From NCBI GenBank assembly GCA_017403885.1, contig JAFRDM010000066.1, forward strand, positions 21,558-85,557: DNA of 64,000 bases, written 5' to 3'. Shown here one piece after another: positions 26,868 to 38,000 of this stretch (position 1 is its first letter; the number at the start of each line of letters is the position of its first letter). The stretch comes from Oscillospiraceae bacterium. Its GTDB lineage: Bacteria > Bacillota > Clostridia > Oscillospirales > Oscillospiraceae. Under the pieces are notes generated by a model, which worked only from the letters and a program-made list of their open reading frames with translations, was not told the DNA's origin and did no database searches. Made by a program: the position numbers and the translations under genes.

Positions 26868-28061
26868 ATGAAAAAAAGCTGTATCGCCATGCTCCTCGCC
26901 GGCGGACAGGGCTCACGCCTGTACGCGCTGACGCAGGACGTGGCAAAGCCGAGCGTCCCCTTCGGCGGTAAATACCGCATCATCGATTTCCCGCTTTCCA
27001 ACTGCGCCAACTCCGGCATCGACACGGTCGGCGTGCTGACCCAGTACCGCCCGCTGAAGCTCAACAGCTACATCGGCAACGGCCAGCCCTGGGACCTCGA
27101 CGTGTCCGACGGCGGCGTGTACATCCTGCCGCCCTATCTCGGCGCGCACGAGCAGGGCTCCTGGTTCTCCGGCACGGCGAACGCGATCTACCAGAACATC
27201 GCCTTCATCGAGATGTACGACCCCGACAACGTGCTGATCCTTTCCGGCGACCACATCTACAAGATGGACTATGCCGAGATGCTGCGCGTGCATTTGGACA
27301 ATGAGGCGGCCTGCACGATCGCCGTGCAGCAGGTCTCGATGGCCGAGGCTACGCGCATGGGCATTATGAGCGTTGACGAAAAGGACTTCATCACCGAGTT
27401 CGAGGAAAAGCCCAAGCAGCCCAAGAGCGATCTGGCCTCGATGGGCATTTACATCTTCAACTGGAAGAAGCTGCGCGCTGCCCTGATCGAGGATGAGAAC
27501 GACCCGAACTCCAGCAAGGACTTCGGCAAGAACATCATCCCGAAGATGCTCGCCGCGGGCGAGCGGATGCTGGCCTTCCGCTTCAAGGGCTATTGGCGCG
27601 ACGTCGGCACGATCACCTCGCTTTGGGATGCAAACATGGACATGCTCTCCCCGGATCTGATCAACCTGTTCGATCCCGACTGGCCCATCAGCTCCCGCAG
27701 CCCGGTCTGCCCGCCGCACTTTACGAGCAAAGACGCGAGGATCGTCCACTCGATCGTCACCGAGGGCTGCGAGATCTTCGGCGAGGTCGAGAACTCCGTG
27801 CTCTCATCCTCCTGCAAGGTCGGCAGGGGAGCGAAGGTGCTTTACAGTGTGCTGATGCCCGGCGCCGTCGTCGGAGACGGCGCGGTCGTGGAATACGCGA
27901 TCGTCGGCGAAAACACCGTGATCGGAGCCGGCGCGCACATCGGCGCTCCCCCCGACGGGACGGACGCCTGGGGCGTTGCGACCTGCGGCCCGGACATCAC
28001 GATCCGCGCGGGCGCCGTCGTGCCCGCCTCGGCCATGATCTACAGCGGCGAGGAGGTTTGA
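26868..28061 (+). CDS. glgC: Glucose-1-phosphate adenylyltransferase catalytic subunit
   Basis: [13 protein letters not shown] and [19 protein letters not shown] motifs. Confidence 0.93.
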   Translation: MKKSCIAMLLAGGQGSRLYALTQDVAKPSVPFGGKYRIIDFPLSNCANSGIDTVGVLTQYRPLKLNSYIGNGQPWDLDVSDGGVYILPPYLGAHEQGSWFSGTANAIYQNIAFIEMYDPDNVLILSGDHIYKMDYAEMLRVHLDNEAACTIAVQQVSMAEATRMGIMSVDEKDFITEFEEKPKQPKSDLASMGIYIFNWKKLRAALIEDENDPNSSKDFGKNIIPKMLAAGERMLAFRFKGYWRDVGTITSLWDANMDMLSPDLINLFDPDWPISSRSPVCPPHFTSKDARIVHSIVTEGCEIFGEVENSVLSSSCKVGRGAKVLYSVLMPGAVVGDGAVVEYAIVGENTVIGAGAHIGAPPDGTDAWGVATCGPDITIRAGAVVPASAMIYSGEEV

Positions 28062-28064
28062 GTC

Positions 28065-29177
28065 ATGAATAATTTCCATGGTGTCATCTTTGCCTACAGC
28101 GCCTCCCCCGAGCTGCGTGAGCTCGTCAGCCACCGTACCGCGGCCTCGATGCCGATCTTCGGCCGCTACCGCGTGATCGACTTTGCCCTCTCCTCGCTGA
28201 TGAACGCAGGCATCCACGACGTCGGCGTGATCATGCAGCGCGACTACCAGTCGCTGATGGATCATCTCCGCAACGGCAAAGCCTGGGACATGAGCCGCAA
28301 AGACGGCGGACTGCGTCTGCTGCCGCCCTTCGGCATGCCCGGCTACCACAGCGGGAACTACTTCGGTACGATGGAAGCGCTCAACGGCGTGGGTGAGTAT
28401 ATCCGTGACATCCCGCAGAAATATGTCGTTCTGCTGCTCGGCAGCATGTGCGCCAACCTCGATCTGCGCGCGGCGGCCAGGATGCATCTGCACTCCGGCG
28501 CGCCGATCACCGCGATCTGCAGCACCACGGTGCCTGACGCGCCGCAGCACCGCTACATCGTCGGCCCGGACGGCTATGTCAAGGAGGCGCTCTTCTACGT
28601 CGAGGGCGAGAGCCGCGGCTTCACCTCGCTGGAGGGCTACATCATCGACAAGGACCTGCTTGTGAAGATGATGGAAGAGTGCGCGGCGAAGAACCTCTAC
28701 CGCTTCCACCGCGACGCGATCGCGTCTTACCTCGCCGGAGGCGGGAAGATGGACGTCTATCTGCACGAGGGCTACTATATGCCCATCCGCTCGGTCGACC
28801 TGTATTACCGCGCCAACCGCGACATGCTCGACACCGACAAGCGGCACGACCTTTTCTGTGCCGAGCGCCCGGTCCGTACGCGTCACCATTCCCTCGTTTC
28901 CACCTACTACGGCGAGAAGGCCGTCTCCTCGAACAGCCTCGTGGGCGACAACTGCCGCATCATGGGCACCGTCGAGGACTGTGTCCTCTCGTCCGAAGTC
29001 GTTGTCGAGGAGGGCGCGTACCTCAAGGACTGCGTCGTCATGCGCCGCACGACGATCGGCAAGGGAGCCCGGCTCGAGAACGTGATCGTCGACAAAAACT
29101 GCATCATCTCTTCAGATACTGCGCTCAAGGGCAACGAAAAGCTGCCGCTCGTGGTCCCGAAGGGATCTCGAATCTGA
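28065..29177 (+). CDS. glgD: Glucose-1-phosphate adenylyltransferase subunit GlgD
   Basis: Paralogue of GlgC that lacks the GGxGxRL loop, located directly downstream of glgC (Firmicutes arrangement). Confidence 0.88.
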   Translation: MNNFHGVIFAYSASPELRELVSHRTAASMPIFGRYRVIDFALSSLMNAGIHDVGVIMQRDYQSLMDHLRNGKAWDMSRKDGGLRLLPPFGMPGYHSGNYFGTMEALNGVGEYIRDIPQKYVVLLLGSMCANLDLRAAARMHLHSGAPITAICSTTVPDAPQHRYIVGPDGYVKEALFYVEGESRGFTSLEGYIIDKDLLVKMMEECAAKNLYRFHRDAIASYLAGGGKMDVYLHEGYYMPIRSVDLYYRANRDMLDTDKRHDLFCAERPVRTRHHSLVSTYYGEKAVSSNSLVGDNCRIMGTVEDCVLSSEVVVEEGAYLKDCVVMRRTTIGKGARLENVIVDKNCIISSDTALKGNEKLPLVVPKGSRI

Positions 29178-29200
29178 AAGGCAGACACATAGCAGACCAG

Positions 29201-29240
29201 ACAAGCGCCCGTGAGAGCGGAAGCTTTCACGGGCGCTTGT
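29201..29240 (+). terminator. Strong hairpin after glgD (terminator or RNA-stability element; no U-tract)
   Basis: 14-bp perfect stem acaagcgcccgtga/tcacgggcgcttgt with a 12-nt loop, followed by tcaaaaag. Confidence 0.35.
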
Positions 29241-29475
29241 TCAAAAAGCCTTTCAGGCGTTTGTGAACCGCGCGCCTGCCGCCGTGCGTTTTCCCTTTTC
29301 CGGGCGAATACGCCTGCCCTGAAAGGGAATGCCGTATACCCCTCGCACCGGCGGTTTATCATACGCGAGGCAGGCCTTGCCCCCTCGCGCTCCCCCGCCG
29401 CCCTGCCGATCCCCTGCCTGATCGCAGCAGCGGGCAGAGATCTTTACATTCAGACTATCGGAGGACAAGCTTGTT

Positions 29476-31881
29476 ATGACCAGCCAAATCTCTAAAGACG
29501 AAGTCAGAAGCGCGATCGAGGATCGCCTCTGCGCGTATTTTGCCGTGACCGGAGAGACCGCCACCGACGACCAGATCTTCCAGGCCTCGGCGATGGTCAT
29601 CCGCGAGATCATGAGCCGCCTGCTCGCCGTCGAGAGCCCGCGGGCAAAAAACAAAGAAGTACATTACATGTCCATGGAGTTCCTCATGGGCCGCAGCCTG
29701 ATGAAGAACGCCTTCAATCTCGGTCTCTCCGAGGCCTTGATCGGCGCGCTCGCGGACATGGGCAAGAACGCCACGGACATTTTTGAGACCGAACCCGACG
29801 CAGGCCTCGGCAACGGCGGTCTGGGCCGCCTCGCCGCCTGCTATATGGACAGCATGGCCACGCTCGGCATGGAGGCCACCGGCTATTCCATCTGCTACGA
29901 GCTGGGCATTTTCCGCCAGCGCTTCAAGGACGGCAAGCAGACCGAGGTGGCCGACAACTGGCGCCTCGCGTCCGAAGGCTGGCTCGTTCCGTGCTATGCG
30001 GACGCGGTCGAGGTCCGTTTCGGCGGGCAGATCTCCGCGCACTGGGACGAATACGGCCATTACAGCGCCGTGCACACGGACTATACGCCCGTCACCGCGA
30101 TCCCGCGCGACATGCTCATCGCCGGCTACGAGGGAAAGGAGATCAACAAGCTCCGCCTCTGGGACGCCAAGAGCCCCAGCCAGTTGGACATGTATCTGTT
30201 CTCCAACGCCGAGTATGTCAAGAGCCTCGAGGAACGCACGATGGCCGAGGTCATCACCAAGGTGCTCTATCCCGCCGACGAAAAGATCGAGGGCAAGATC
30301 CTGCGTCTCAAGCAGCAGTATTTCTTCGTCTCCGCCACCGCGCAGGACATCGTGCGCAAGCACATCGAAAAGTGGGGCGACATCCGCTCCTTCGGCGAAC
30401 ATCACACGATCCAGATCAACGACACGCATCCCACGCTCATCATCCCCGAGCTGATGAGGCTCTTCATGGACGAGCACGATCTCGGCTGGGACGAGGCATG
30501 GGAGATCGTCAAGAAGAGCGTGGCCTACACCAACCACACGGTCATGAGCGAGGCGCTCGAGCGCTGGCCGCAGCAGATCATCCAGCAGCTCCTGCCCCGC
30601 ATCTGGGAGATCCTCTGCGAGATCAACCGCCGCTGGGTCAGCTACCTCATCTACAACTTCGGCCAGGACGAGCGCGTGGGCCGCAACCTGATCATCCGCG
30701 ACGACCAGGTGCTGATGGCCAATCTCTGCCTTGCCGCCTGCTACATGGTCAACGGCGTGTCCCGCCTGCACGGCGAGATCCTGCGCAACGACCTCTTCCG
30801 CGACCTCTGCGCTCTGCGCCCCGACCGCTTCACCTATGTCACCAACGGCATCGACCATCGCCGCTGGCTGGCGCAGATCAACCCCGGTCTGCACGGCCTC
30901 GTGTGCGAGCTGCTCGGCGGAGAGGAATATCTCACCGAGCCCGAGCGTCTCTCGGAGCTGGCCAAGTTCGCCGATGACGCCGAGGTACGCCGCCGCATAC
31001 TTGCCATCAAGGCCGAGAACAAGCGCCGCTTTGCCGATTTTGCCCGCCGCAACGACGGCTTTGCCTTCGATCCCGAGGGCATCATGGATGTGCAGGTCAA
31101 GCGCCTGCACGAGTACAAGCGCCAGCTGCTGTGCGCCATGCATATCGCAAGCCTGCAGCTGCAGCTGCACGACGATCCCAAGCGCGCCTTCACGCCGCGC
31201 ACCTTCGTCTTCGGCGCAAAGGCGGCCGCCGGTTACAAAACGGCGAAGCGCATCATCGAGCTGCTGCTGTCGATGGCCGCCGACATCAACAGCGATCCGC
31301 TCTGCCGCGGCAAGCTGCAGGTCTATTTCGTGGAGAACTACCGCGTCAGCGCGGCCGAGGCCATCGTGCCCGCCGCCCAGGTGTCCGAGCAGATCTCCAC
31401 GGCCGGCAAGGAGGCCTCCGGCACCGGCTGCATGAAGCTGATGATGAACGGCGCCGTCACGATCGGCACGCTCGACGGCGCGAACGTCGAGATGTACGAG
31501 CGCCTCGGCGATGAGAACATGTTCCTCTTCGGCCTGCACACCGATGAGATCGCCGCTCTGAAGGCGAAAGGCTACGATCCCGCGCGCGTCGCCGCGCAGG
31601 ACTGGGAGATCCAGCGTGTGCTCGACCGCTTCTCCCAGGGCTTCCGCGACGGCAAGAGCTATTCCGATCTTGTTTCCATGCTGCTTTACGGCGGCGACCA
31701 GTATATGCTGATCGCGGATTACCGCGCCTACGCCGACACCCAGAATCGTCTCTACGAGCGCATCGCCGACGAGGGCGAGCTCGGACGCCTCGCGATCATG
31801 AACACCGCGATGAGCGGCTTCTTTGCCGCCGACCGCGCGATCAGGGAATACGCGGACCACATATGGAAGCTCGATGCGTGA
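29476..31881 (+). CDS. glgP: Glycogen/alpha-glucan phosphorylase
   Basis: 801 aa with the PLP-lysine motif EASGTGCMKLMMNGA and GNGGLGRLAAC. Confidence 0.93.
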   Translation: MTSQISKDEVRSAIEDRLCAYFAVTGETATDDQIFQASAMVIREIMSRLLAVESPRAKNKEVHYMSMEFLMGRSLMKNAFNLGLSEALIGALADMGKNATDIFETEPDAGLGNGGLGRLAACYMDSMATLGMEATGYSICYELGIFRQRFKDGKQTEVADNWRLASEGWLVPCYADAVEVRFGGQISAHWDEYGHYSAVHTDYTPVTAIPRDMLIAGYEGKEINKLRLWDAKSPSQLDMYLFSNAEYVKSLEERTMAEVITKVLYPADEKIEGKILRLKQQYFFVSATAQDIVRKHIEKWGDIRSFGEHHTIQINDTHPTLIIPELMRLFMDEHDLGWDEAWEIVKKSVAYTNHTVMSEALERWPQQIIQQLLPRIWEILCEINRRWVSYLIYNFGQDERVGRNLIIRDDQVLMANLCLAACYMVNGVSRLHGEILRNDLFRDLCALRPDRFTYVTNGIDHRRWLAQINPGLHGLVCELLGGEEYLTEPERLSELAKFADDAEVRRRILAIKAENKRRFADFARRNDGFAFDPEGIMDVQVKRLHEYKRQLLCAMHIASLQLQLHDDPKRAFTPRTFVFGAKAAAGYKTAKRIIELLLSMAADINSDPLCRGKLQVYFVENYRVSAAEAIVPAAQVSEQISTAGKEASGTGCMKLMMNGAVTIGTLDGANVEMYERLGDENMFLFGLHTDEIAALKAKGYDPARVAAQDWEIQRVLDRFSQGFRDGKSYSDLVSMLLYGGDQYMLIADYRAYADTQNRLYERIADEGELGRLAIMNTAMSGFFAADRAIREYADHIWKLDA

Positions 31882-32750
31882 CCGTCATCGGCGGCGCCAA
31901 CACCGACATCTGCGGCCGACCTGATCGTGCGCTCGTCCGACACGACTCCGCCCCCGGGCGCGTCAGCGTCCGGCACGGCGGCGTGGGGCGCAACATCGCC
32001 TGCGACCTGGCGCGGCTGGGGCTTCGGACGCGCTTTGTCACGGCCCTCGGCGACGACGGTCTTGGCGCCTCGCTGCGGGAGAGCTGCCTGCGCTGCGGCG
32101 TGGATATGAGCCTTTCGCTCACGATCGGCGGCGCGCGCAGCCCGGTCTATCTGTACCTCAGCGACGAGAGAGGAGAGATGGATTCCGCGGTAGCCGACAT
32201 GGAGACCGCGGAGCGGCTTACGCCTGCGGCGCTGCGCGGTCTGCTCGGAGAGATCAACGCCTCCGACGCGGTCGTGATCGACGGCAACCTCCCGGCGGAG
32301 ACGATCGCCTTCCTCTGCGAAAAGCTCCGCGTCCCCATCGTCGCCGACCCGGTCTCCACGGCCAAGGCGCCGCGCTTTGCTCCTGTGCTCGACTGCCTCG
32401 CGGCGATCAAGCCCAATCTGATGGAGGCGCAGACCCTGACGGGAAAGAAAAACGCCGAGGACTGCGCCGAGGCGCTTCTGAAAGCGGGCGTGGGCAGCGT
32501 CTATCTCTCGCTTGGCGCGGGCGGGCTGCTCGCGGCCGCCGGAGAGGAGCGCATACTGCTGCCCGGTGAGAAGGCAAAGCTCGTCAGCGCCACCGGCGCG
32601 GGCGACGCAGCTACGGCCGCCGTTGCCTGGGCGCTCGTGCAGGGGCTCGACCTCGCCTCCGCGGCCCGCGCCGCCGTCGTGGCCGGCGCGATCACCGTCG
32701 AGAGCGAGGAGGCCGACAGCCCCCTGCTCCGCGCGGATCGGCTGCTATAA
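31863..32750 (+). CDS. PfkB-family carbohydrate/nucleoside kinase (pseudouridine-kinase-like)
   Basis: VIGGANTDI..., GGVGRNIA and C-terminal GAGDA motifs. Overlaps the glgP end by 19 nt. Confidence 0.8.
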   Translation: MEARCVTVIGGANTDICGRPDRALVRHDSAPGRVSVRHGGVGRNIACDLARLGLRTRFVTALGDDGLGASLRESCLRCGVDMSLSLTIGGARSPVYLYLSDERGEMDSAVADMETAERLTPAALRGLLGEINASDAVVIDGNLPAETIAFLCEKLRVPIVADPVSTAKAPRFAPVLDCLAAIKPNLMEAQTLTGKKNAEDCAEALLKAGVGSVYLSLGAGGLLAAAGEERILLPGEKAKLVSATGAGDAATAAVAWALVQGLDLASAARAAVVAGAITVESEEADSPLLRADRLL

Positions 32751-32756
32751 TTGAGC

Positions 32757-32798
32757 AAAAAAAAAGAAGGCACAGAATACTCTGTGCCTTCTTTTTTG
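32757..32798. terminator. Bidirectional rho-independent terminator
   Basis: 12-bp stem aagaaggcacag/ctgtgccttctt flanked by an A-run and a T-run. Confidence 0.8.
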
Positions 32799-32804
32799 CT
32801 GCGA

Positions 32805-34604
32805 TCACTCTTCGACCTCGAGCGGGGAGAAGCAGAACTTCGTGCAGTCGACGAGACCGCGGTCGGTCAGCCGCAGTTCCGGCAGGCAGGCCAGGGGAAT
32901 GAGCGCCATCGTCATAAAGGGGGAGACGATGTCGCAGCCGATCTCCTTCCAGGCTTCGGAGAGGACGGCGACCTTTTCACTCATCTCCTCGGCGCTCAGC
33001 GGGTTCATCAAGCCCGCGAGCGGCAGCTCGACGCAGCCGAGTATCTTTCCCTCCCGCACGGCGCACATGCCGCCGCCGCAGCGGATCAGCGTGTTGGCCG
33101 CGAGCGCCATATCCTCGTCGTTCGTCCCGACGACCAGCAGATTGTGCGCGTCGTGGGCGACCGTCGACGCCATTGCGCCGCACTTGATATCGAAGCCCTT
33201 GACAAAGCCGACGCCGTGCTTGCCGGTGTCGTGGTGACGCTCGAAAACAAAGGTCTTGAGCACGTCCTGCTCCACGTCGGACTCCAGCGCGCCGTCTTTG
33301 ACTTTCAGCGTCATATGGCGCTCATAGTCGCCCACGTGCGCGGGGATGATCTCGATCACGCGCACGAGAGCCTCGTCCTTCCTGTCGGTCTGCACGCGGA
33401 AGGTCGCGGGCGTGATCTCCTCGCCGACGTGCATCGTGTGCATCGCGCTTTCGGGGTAAGCATAGGGCGCGAACTCGCGCAGCATTTTCCCGTCCTCGGC
33501 GACGACCTCGCCGTCGATCATCATGCGGAAGGGCCGGAAGTCGTTCAGATCGCGTGAAAAGACGATATCCGCGCACTTTCCCGGCGCGATCGAGCCGAGC
33601 TCGTGGTCGAGCTGGAAGCACTGAGCGCAGTTGATCGTGACCATCTGGATCGCCGTGATCGGATCGACGCCGAAGGAGACCGCGCGGCGCACGATATGGT
33701 CGAGATGACCGTCGTTGACGAGGGTATAGGGGTGTGTGTCGTCGGAGATCATGATCGCAAAGCGGGTGTCGATCTCATGCTCGCGGATCGAGCGGCTGAC
33801 CTCCTGCAGATCGTGCCAGGCCGAGCCCTCGCGGAACATCGCATACATGCCCAGACGCATTTTCGCCAGCGCGTCCTCCATGCGGGTGGACTCGTGGCAG
33901 CAGCGGATGCCGCTTGCGATAAAGGCGTTGAGCGCCGCTCCGGTGTCGGGGATCGAGAAGTGGCCCGTCACGGTCTTGCCGGCCTTGAGCGTCTCGCCGG
34001 TGATGGCGTGCGTCTCCGGGACGGAATAGATGATGCCGGGGAAGTTCATCATCTCGCCCAGACCCACAACCTCGTCGCGCTTCATCTCCGAGGCGATATC
34101 GGCGGAGCTGATGGTACTGCCCGCGTCCTCAAAGCCGGGGACGGCGGGGACGCAGGAGGGCGTGGTCAGCATGGCCTTGAGAGGCGTGCGCGCGGCGTCC
34201 GCCACCATCAGGTCGACGCCCGGAAGGCCCATGACGTTGCAGATCTCATGCGGATCATAGAAAATGCCGGAGGTGCCGTGCGGGATGACGGAGCGGGCGT
34301 ATTCACCGGCGGAGAGCATGGACGACTCGATGTGGATGTGGCCGTCGAGCATACCCGGGGAGATGTACGCGCCGGCGGCGTCGATGACCTTCGTCCCCTC
34401 GCCGATACAGTGCTTCGCGTCGCCCACGAGCGCGATGCGCCCGCTGTGGATCGCGACGTCGGTGTGCTCGAGGATCTCATGCGTGCAGACGTTGACCAGC
34501 CTCGCGTCGGTGATGACCGTCTCGGCGGGGATCCTGCCCATCGCGACGGAGGAGAGAGCGGCGGAGCATTCCCAGAGAGGGACCTTGCAGAATTTGTTGA
34601 TCAT
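32805..34604 (-). CDS. ade: Adenine deaminase (amidohydrolase superfamily)
   Basis: ...ISPGMLDGHIHIESSML... metal-binding motif, about 600 aa. AAAGGA RBS before MINKF; the longer ORF-track N-terminus is Arg-rich and unlikely. Confidence 0.88.
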   Translation of the reverse strand: MINKFCKVPLWECSAALSSVAMGRIPAETVITDARLVNVCTHEILEHTDVAIHSGRIALVGDAKHCIGEGTKVIDAAGAYISPGMLDGHIHIESSMLSAGEYARSVIPHGTSGIFYDPHEICNVMGLPGVDLMVADAARTPLKAMLTTPSCVPAVPGFEDAGSTISSADIASEMKRDEVVGLGEMMNFPGIIYSVPETHAITGETLKAGKTVTGHFSIPDTGAALNAFIASGIRCCHESTRMEDALAKMRLGMYAMFREGSAWHDLQEVSRSIREHEIDTRFAIMISDDTHPYTLVNDGHLDHIVRRAVSFGVDPITAIQMVTINCAQCFQLDHELGSIAPGKCADIVFSRDLNDFRPFRMMIDGEVVAEDGKMLREFAPYAYPESAMHTMHVGEEITPATFRVQTDRKDEALVRVIEIIPAHVGDYERHMTLKVKDGALESDVEQDVLKTFVFERHHDTGKHGVGFVKGFDIKCGAMASTVAHDAHNLLVVGTNDEDMALAANTLIRCGGGMCAVREGKILGCVELPLAGLMNPLSAEEMSEKVAVLSEAWKEIGCDIVSPFMTMALIPLACLPELRLTDRGLVDCTKFCFSPLEVEE

Positions 34605-34728
34605 GCTGTTTCCTTTCCGATCCTGCGGATCACGGTTTTTTTGGGAAAAAGAAAAGGAGCTGCAGTTTAGCCTGCCCTCCTCAAAAACCGAACATGCGGC
34701 GGCGCGCCTGCGCCTCCGCAAAGGAAAA

Positions 34729-34799
34729 CCAGTAGTCGGACAGATCAGAGGGCTGTCCGGTAGAAACTCGGAGCCCCGTGATCGCTCCCATTATACCGG
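34729..34799 (-). promoter_or_regulatory. Purine riboswitch aptamer (guanine/hypoxanthine class, C at the specificity position) in the ade leader
   Basis: Minus-strand CCGGUA-UAAU-GGGAGC-GAUCACGG-GGCUCC-GAGUUUCUACC-GGACAG-CCCUCUGAU-CUGUCC-GACU-ACUGG aligns block-by-block with the B. subtilis xpt aptamer as recalled from memory (UAUAAU, GAU..GG, AGUUUCUACC, CCGACUA). Confidence 0.8.
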
Positions 34800-34824
34800 A
34801 TATGAACTTGTTTGCCACGCCATT

Positions 34825-34854
34825 AGTATACCCTGCGCCGCGGCGCGCTGGCAA
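34825..34854 (-). promoter_or_regulatory. Putative sigma-70-type promoter of the riboswitch-ade transcript
   Basis: Minus-strand TTGCCA, 18 nt, TATACT, about 25 nt upstream of the aptamer P1. Confidence 0.45.
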
Positions 34855-34970
34855 TTGTCATTCCCGCCAAACATGAAGGCGGCGGGGCCCGGGTTTTATA
34901 ACTCTTTTTCCCTAAGAGGGGATCGGTCTGCCGTGTCCGCGGGCATGCGCTCCGCGGACGGGAGTTTGGC

Positions 34971-34999
34971 TTGCAAATGACGCGGCGCGCCCCTATAAT
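34971..34999 (+). promoter_or_regulatory. Near-consensus sigma-70-type promoter of the TIR gene
   Basis: TTGCAA (34971-34976), 17 nt, TATAAT (34994-34999). Confidence 0.55.
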
Positions 35000-35073
35000 A
35001 CAATCAGCAGGGATATGACAGGCAGGCACAGCCTATATAAAAAAGGCTTCCGCCTTCCGGAAAGAGAGAGATC

Positions 35074-38000
35074 ATGGCTCGACAATACAAGGCCTTTATC
35101 AGCTATCGTCATCTGCCGCTGGACATGGACGTCGCAAAAAAAGTGCACCGCGCCATCGAGCATTTCGTCCTCCCACGGGCGCTGCGGAAGGACGGATGCC
35201 GGCGGCTCGGCTATGTATTCCGTGACGAAGACGAGCTGCCCATCTCCGGTGAACTGACGGAAAACATCCGCCTTGCGTTGGAGAACTCGGAATATCTTAT
35301 CGTGATATGCACCCCGGAAACCTCCAAATCCACCTGGGTGCTCAAGGAGATAGACACCTTCCTGTCGCTCCGCGACCATTCCCATGTTCTGCTGGTGCTG
35401 GCAGACGGCACTCCGGCAGAATCCTTCCCCCGCGCTCTCACCGAGCTGCGGGACGAGAGCGGCGCCGTCATCGGGGAATATGAGCCGCTCGCGGCCAACC
35501 TGGTCGCCCCTACGCCCTATGCCCGGAACAGAAGATTCAAGACGGAGATCCTCCGCATCCTGGCCGCGCTGGTGGGCTGTTCTTTCGACGAGCTTTACCA
35601 GAGGGAACGGCGCTATCAGCGGAGAAGGACCGGTCTGCTGCTTTCGCTGGCCGCGCTGGTGGCTGCGGTGTTCATCGGGGTGCTGCTGAACCGGAACGCG
35701 GAGATCAGCCGCCAGCTGCGGCAATCCAGGATCAACGAATCGGAATCACTGGCCGCCTTGTCAGAAAATGCGTTTCGGAAGGGCGACGTCACGCAGGCTT
35801 TGAACTATGCGCTGGACGCGCTGCCGGGAACGGGCGGCGAACGCCCCTATGTGGCCGCGGCGGAGGCCGCGCTGTGGAAAACGCTCAGACCGTACGGCAG
35901 TTCCATTTTTGCCTTTTCCAGCTCCATCGGGCAGGAGACGGCGATCGTCGGCATGGTCGCGTCGGGGGACGGACAGAAGGTCTATACAGGGGATCCTTAT
36001 GCGAAGATCCGCGCCTTCGATCTGAATAACGGCAGCTGTCTCTGGAGCTTTTCCCCGGAGCCCGGCCGGAGAATCGACGGCGCGCAGACGACCGGCGCGG
36101 GGGATCGGCTGCTGGTCGTTTATGCGGATGACGGATGCTGTCTGCTCTCCGGAGAGGACGGCTCCGTGCTTTGGGAGCGTGACGACCTCGACGCTTTTCT
36201 CCCTCCCCGGGACTGTGGGAGCTTCCTTGCGGTGGGCAGGGATGATCCGCAGGACCTCCGGCTGGTGGACGCGGAGGAAGGGAAAACGCTTATTCACTTC
36301 CCGCTGCACGCATACGGCACGGACGGGATTCGCCTTGCCGCGATCTCTCCGGATGAGAGCCGCGGCGCGGTCATGCTCTACGATGACGACAGCACGCTTC
36401 TGCTGCTGGATCTGTCCTCCGGCAAGATCGTGAAGCTCGCTGCGGAGATCCCTTCGGAGGTAGGATCAACATATATGATCCGCTTCTCCGAGCGGAACGA
36501 CCTGGCGATCGCGCGCGTCCCGCGGAATGATCAGGCCGAGATCTATGTGTTTTCCTGCCGGGAAGGATGGAGAGAGCAGAAGACGATCCTGACGGGGTAT
36601 CAAGTCCGTTATTCGGATGATTTTTCCCTTTCCATCAACGTCCCGCTCTTTGCCTGGAGCGGGGACGACATCGTCCTGGGGATGCAGACGGCTTTTCGTT
36701 CCTTCGATGCGAAAAGCGGAGAAATAAACTGGTCGATCGACCTGCCGGGCAATCTCTGCGCCGCCGAGGTCTATGACAACAACTCTTTCGGACTTGTGCT
36801 GGATAACGGCCGGGTCTGCTTTTCGAGCGGCGGCTATCTTTTCGCCTCGGCGTCCGCGACATCCTTCAACTGCAGCTTTGAGGTGGACCGGGCGCTGATC
36901 TGCGGCCAACGCTATTTGTACAGCAGCACGCTCGTGATCCCGCAGGAGGATGAGAACAGGATCGCCGTGATCCGCGCGCCTCAGCACGACGACTGGGAAA
37001 TGATCGCCGCCTCCGAGGAAGATTTTCCCGCGGGCGCCGGCCCGATCTTTTCTCCCTCCGGAAAAAAGCTGGTCCTGTTCAATTCCGATTATGTGACGCT
37101 CAGCGGAACGGCCTTCGACCTGGAGGAGGGAAGCAGCTTCCCCTTCTCCATCGAGCTGCCGCCGAGATACAACGAAACGACGTATAAGGGATACTTCTTC
37201 ACGGCCGATCGCTATTCCGGCACCGACGGGCATTTCTCCCTGACGGAGGATTTTGTCCTGATGAACGGGCCCGTCCTGTTCCGGCTGCGGGAGAACAGCG
37301 TGGACACGCTGCCCGCCGTAGAGGGCAGGGAACGTCCGTACGACGGCGTATACTGCTCCACGACCGACGCTGCCGGACATGTCGTCACCGTCACGGTCGA
37401 CGGCGGCGAGGGGATCCTTTTCCGCTGGCTGGACGGCGAGGCGCAGGACTGCCTCCCTCTCCCGGAGGAGGCATCCTCCGCGGTCTGCGGCGGCGTTGGC
37501 GCCGACGGCCGGGTGCTTCTGCTGTCGGACGACGCCGACGGGAACGGCGTCTGCCGCGTCTATTCTCCGGTCTCCGGCAGCTGCAGCCCGCTCGCGGAGA
37601 CGGAGGGCGAGAGGGAAGTGCTCTGCTTCGGCTTGCAAAAGCCCCGGCTTGCCCTGGTCGACGAAGCCGGACCGGCGCTTTTCGATCTCGAAAGCGGCGC
37701 GCTGCTGCGGCGCTTCGACTCCGAACTCCCGGCCGATTCCCTGGTGCGGCTCTGCTTTGTCCGCGACGACAGCCTCCTGCTGGCCTTTTCCAAGCAGGGA
37801 GACGTTCTGATCTTTGACGCGGAGAGCGGCGCGCTGCTCAAACGCGTCGGCTTCACCCCCACGGGACTTACTTTGAGCAAGACGTCCCGCATCTCCGTTC
37901 GGGAAGCGCCGGAACGCAATCTGCTGATGATCTTCTGTTATGAAGACATTTATACGGAGTCCGCCTGCGCTTTTCTGGATGCGGAGAGCTTTCAGCTGTT

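Noticed and set aside
29455-31860. 801-aa minus-strand ORF mirroring glgP
   Set aside because: The plus strand encodes an unmistakable glycogen phosphorylase with the PLP-lysine motif, so the mirror ORF is a GC-driven artefact.
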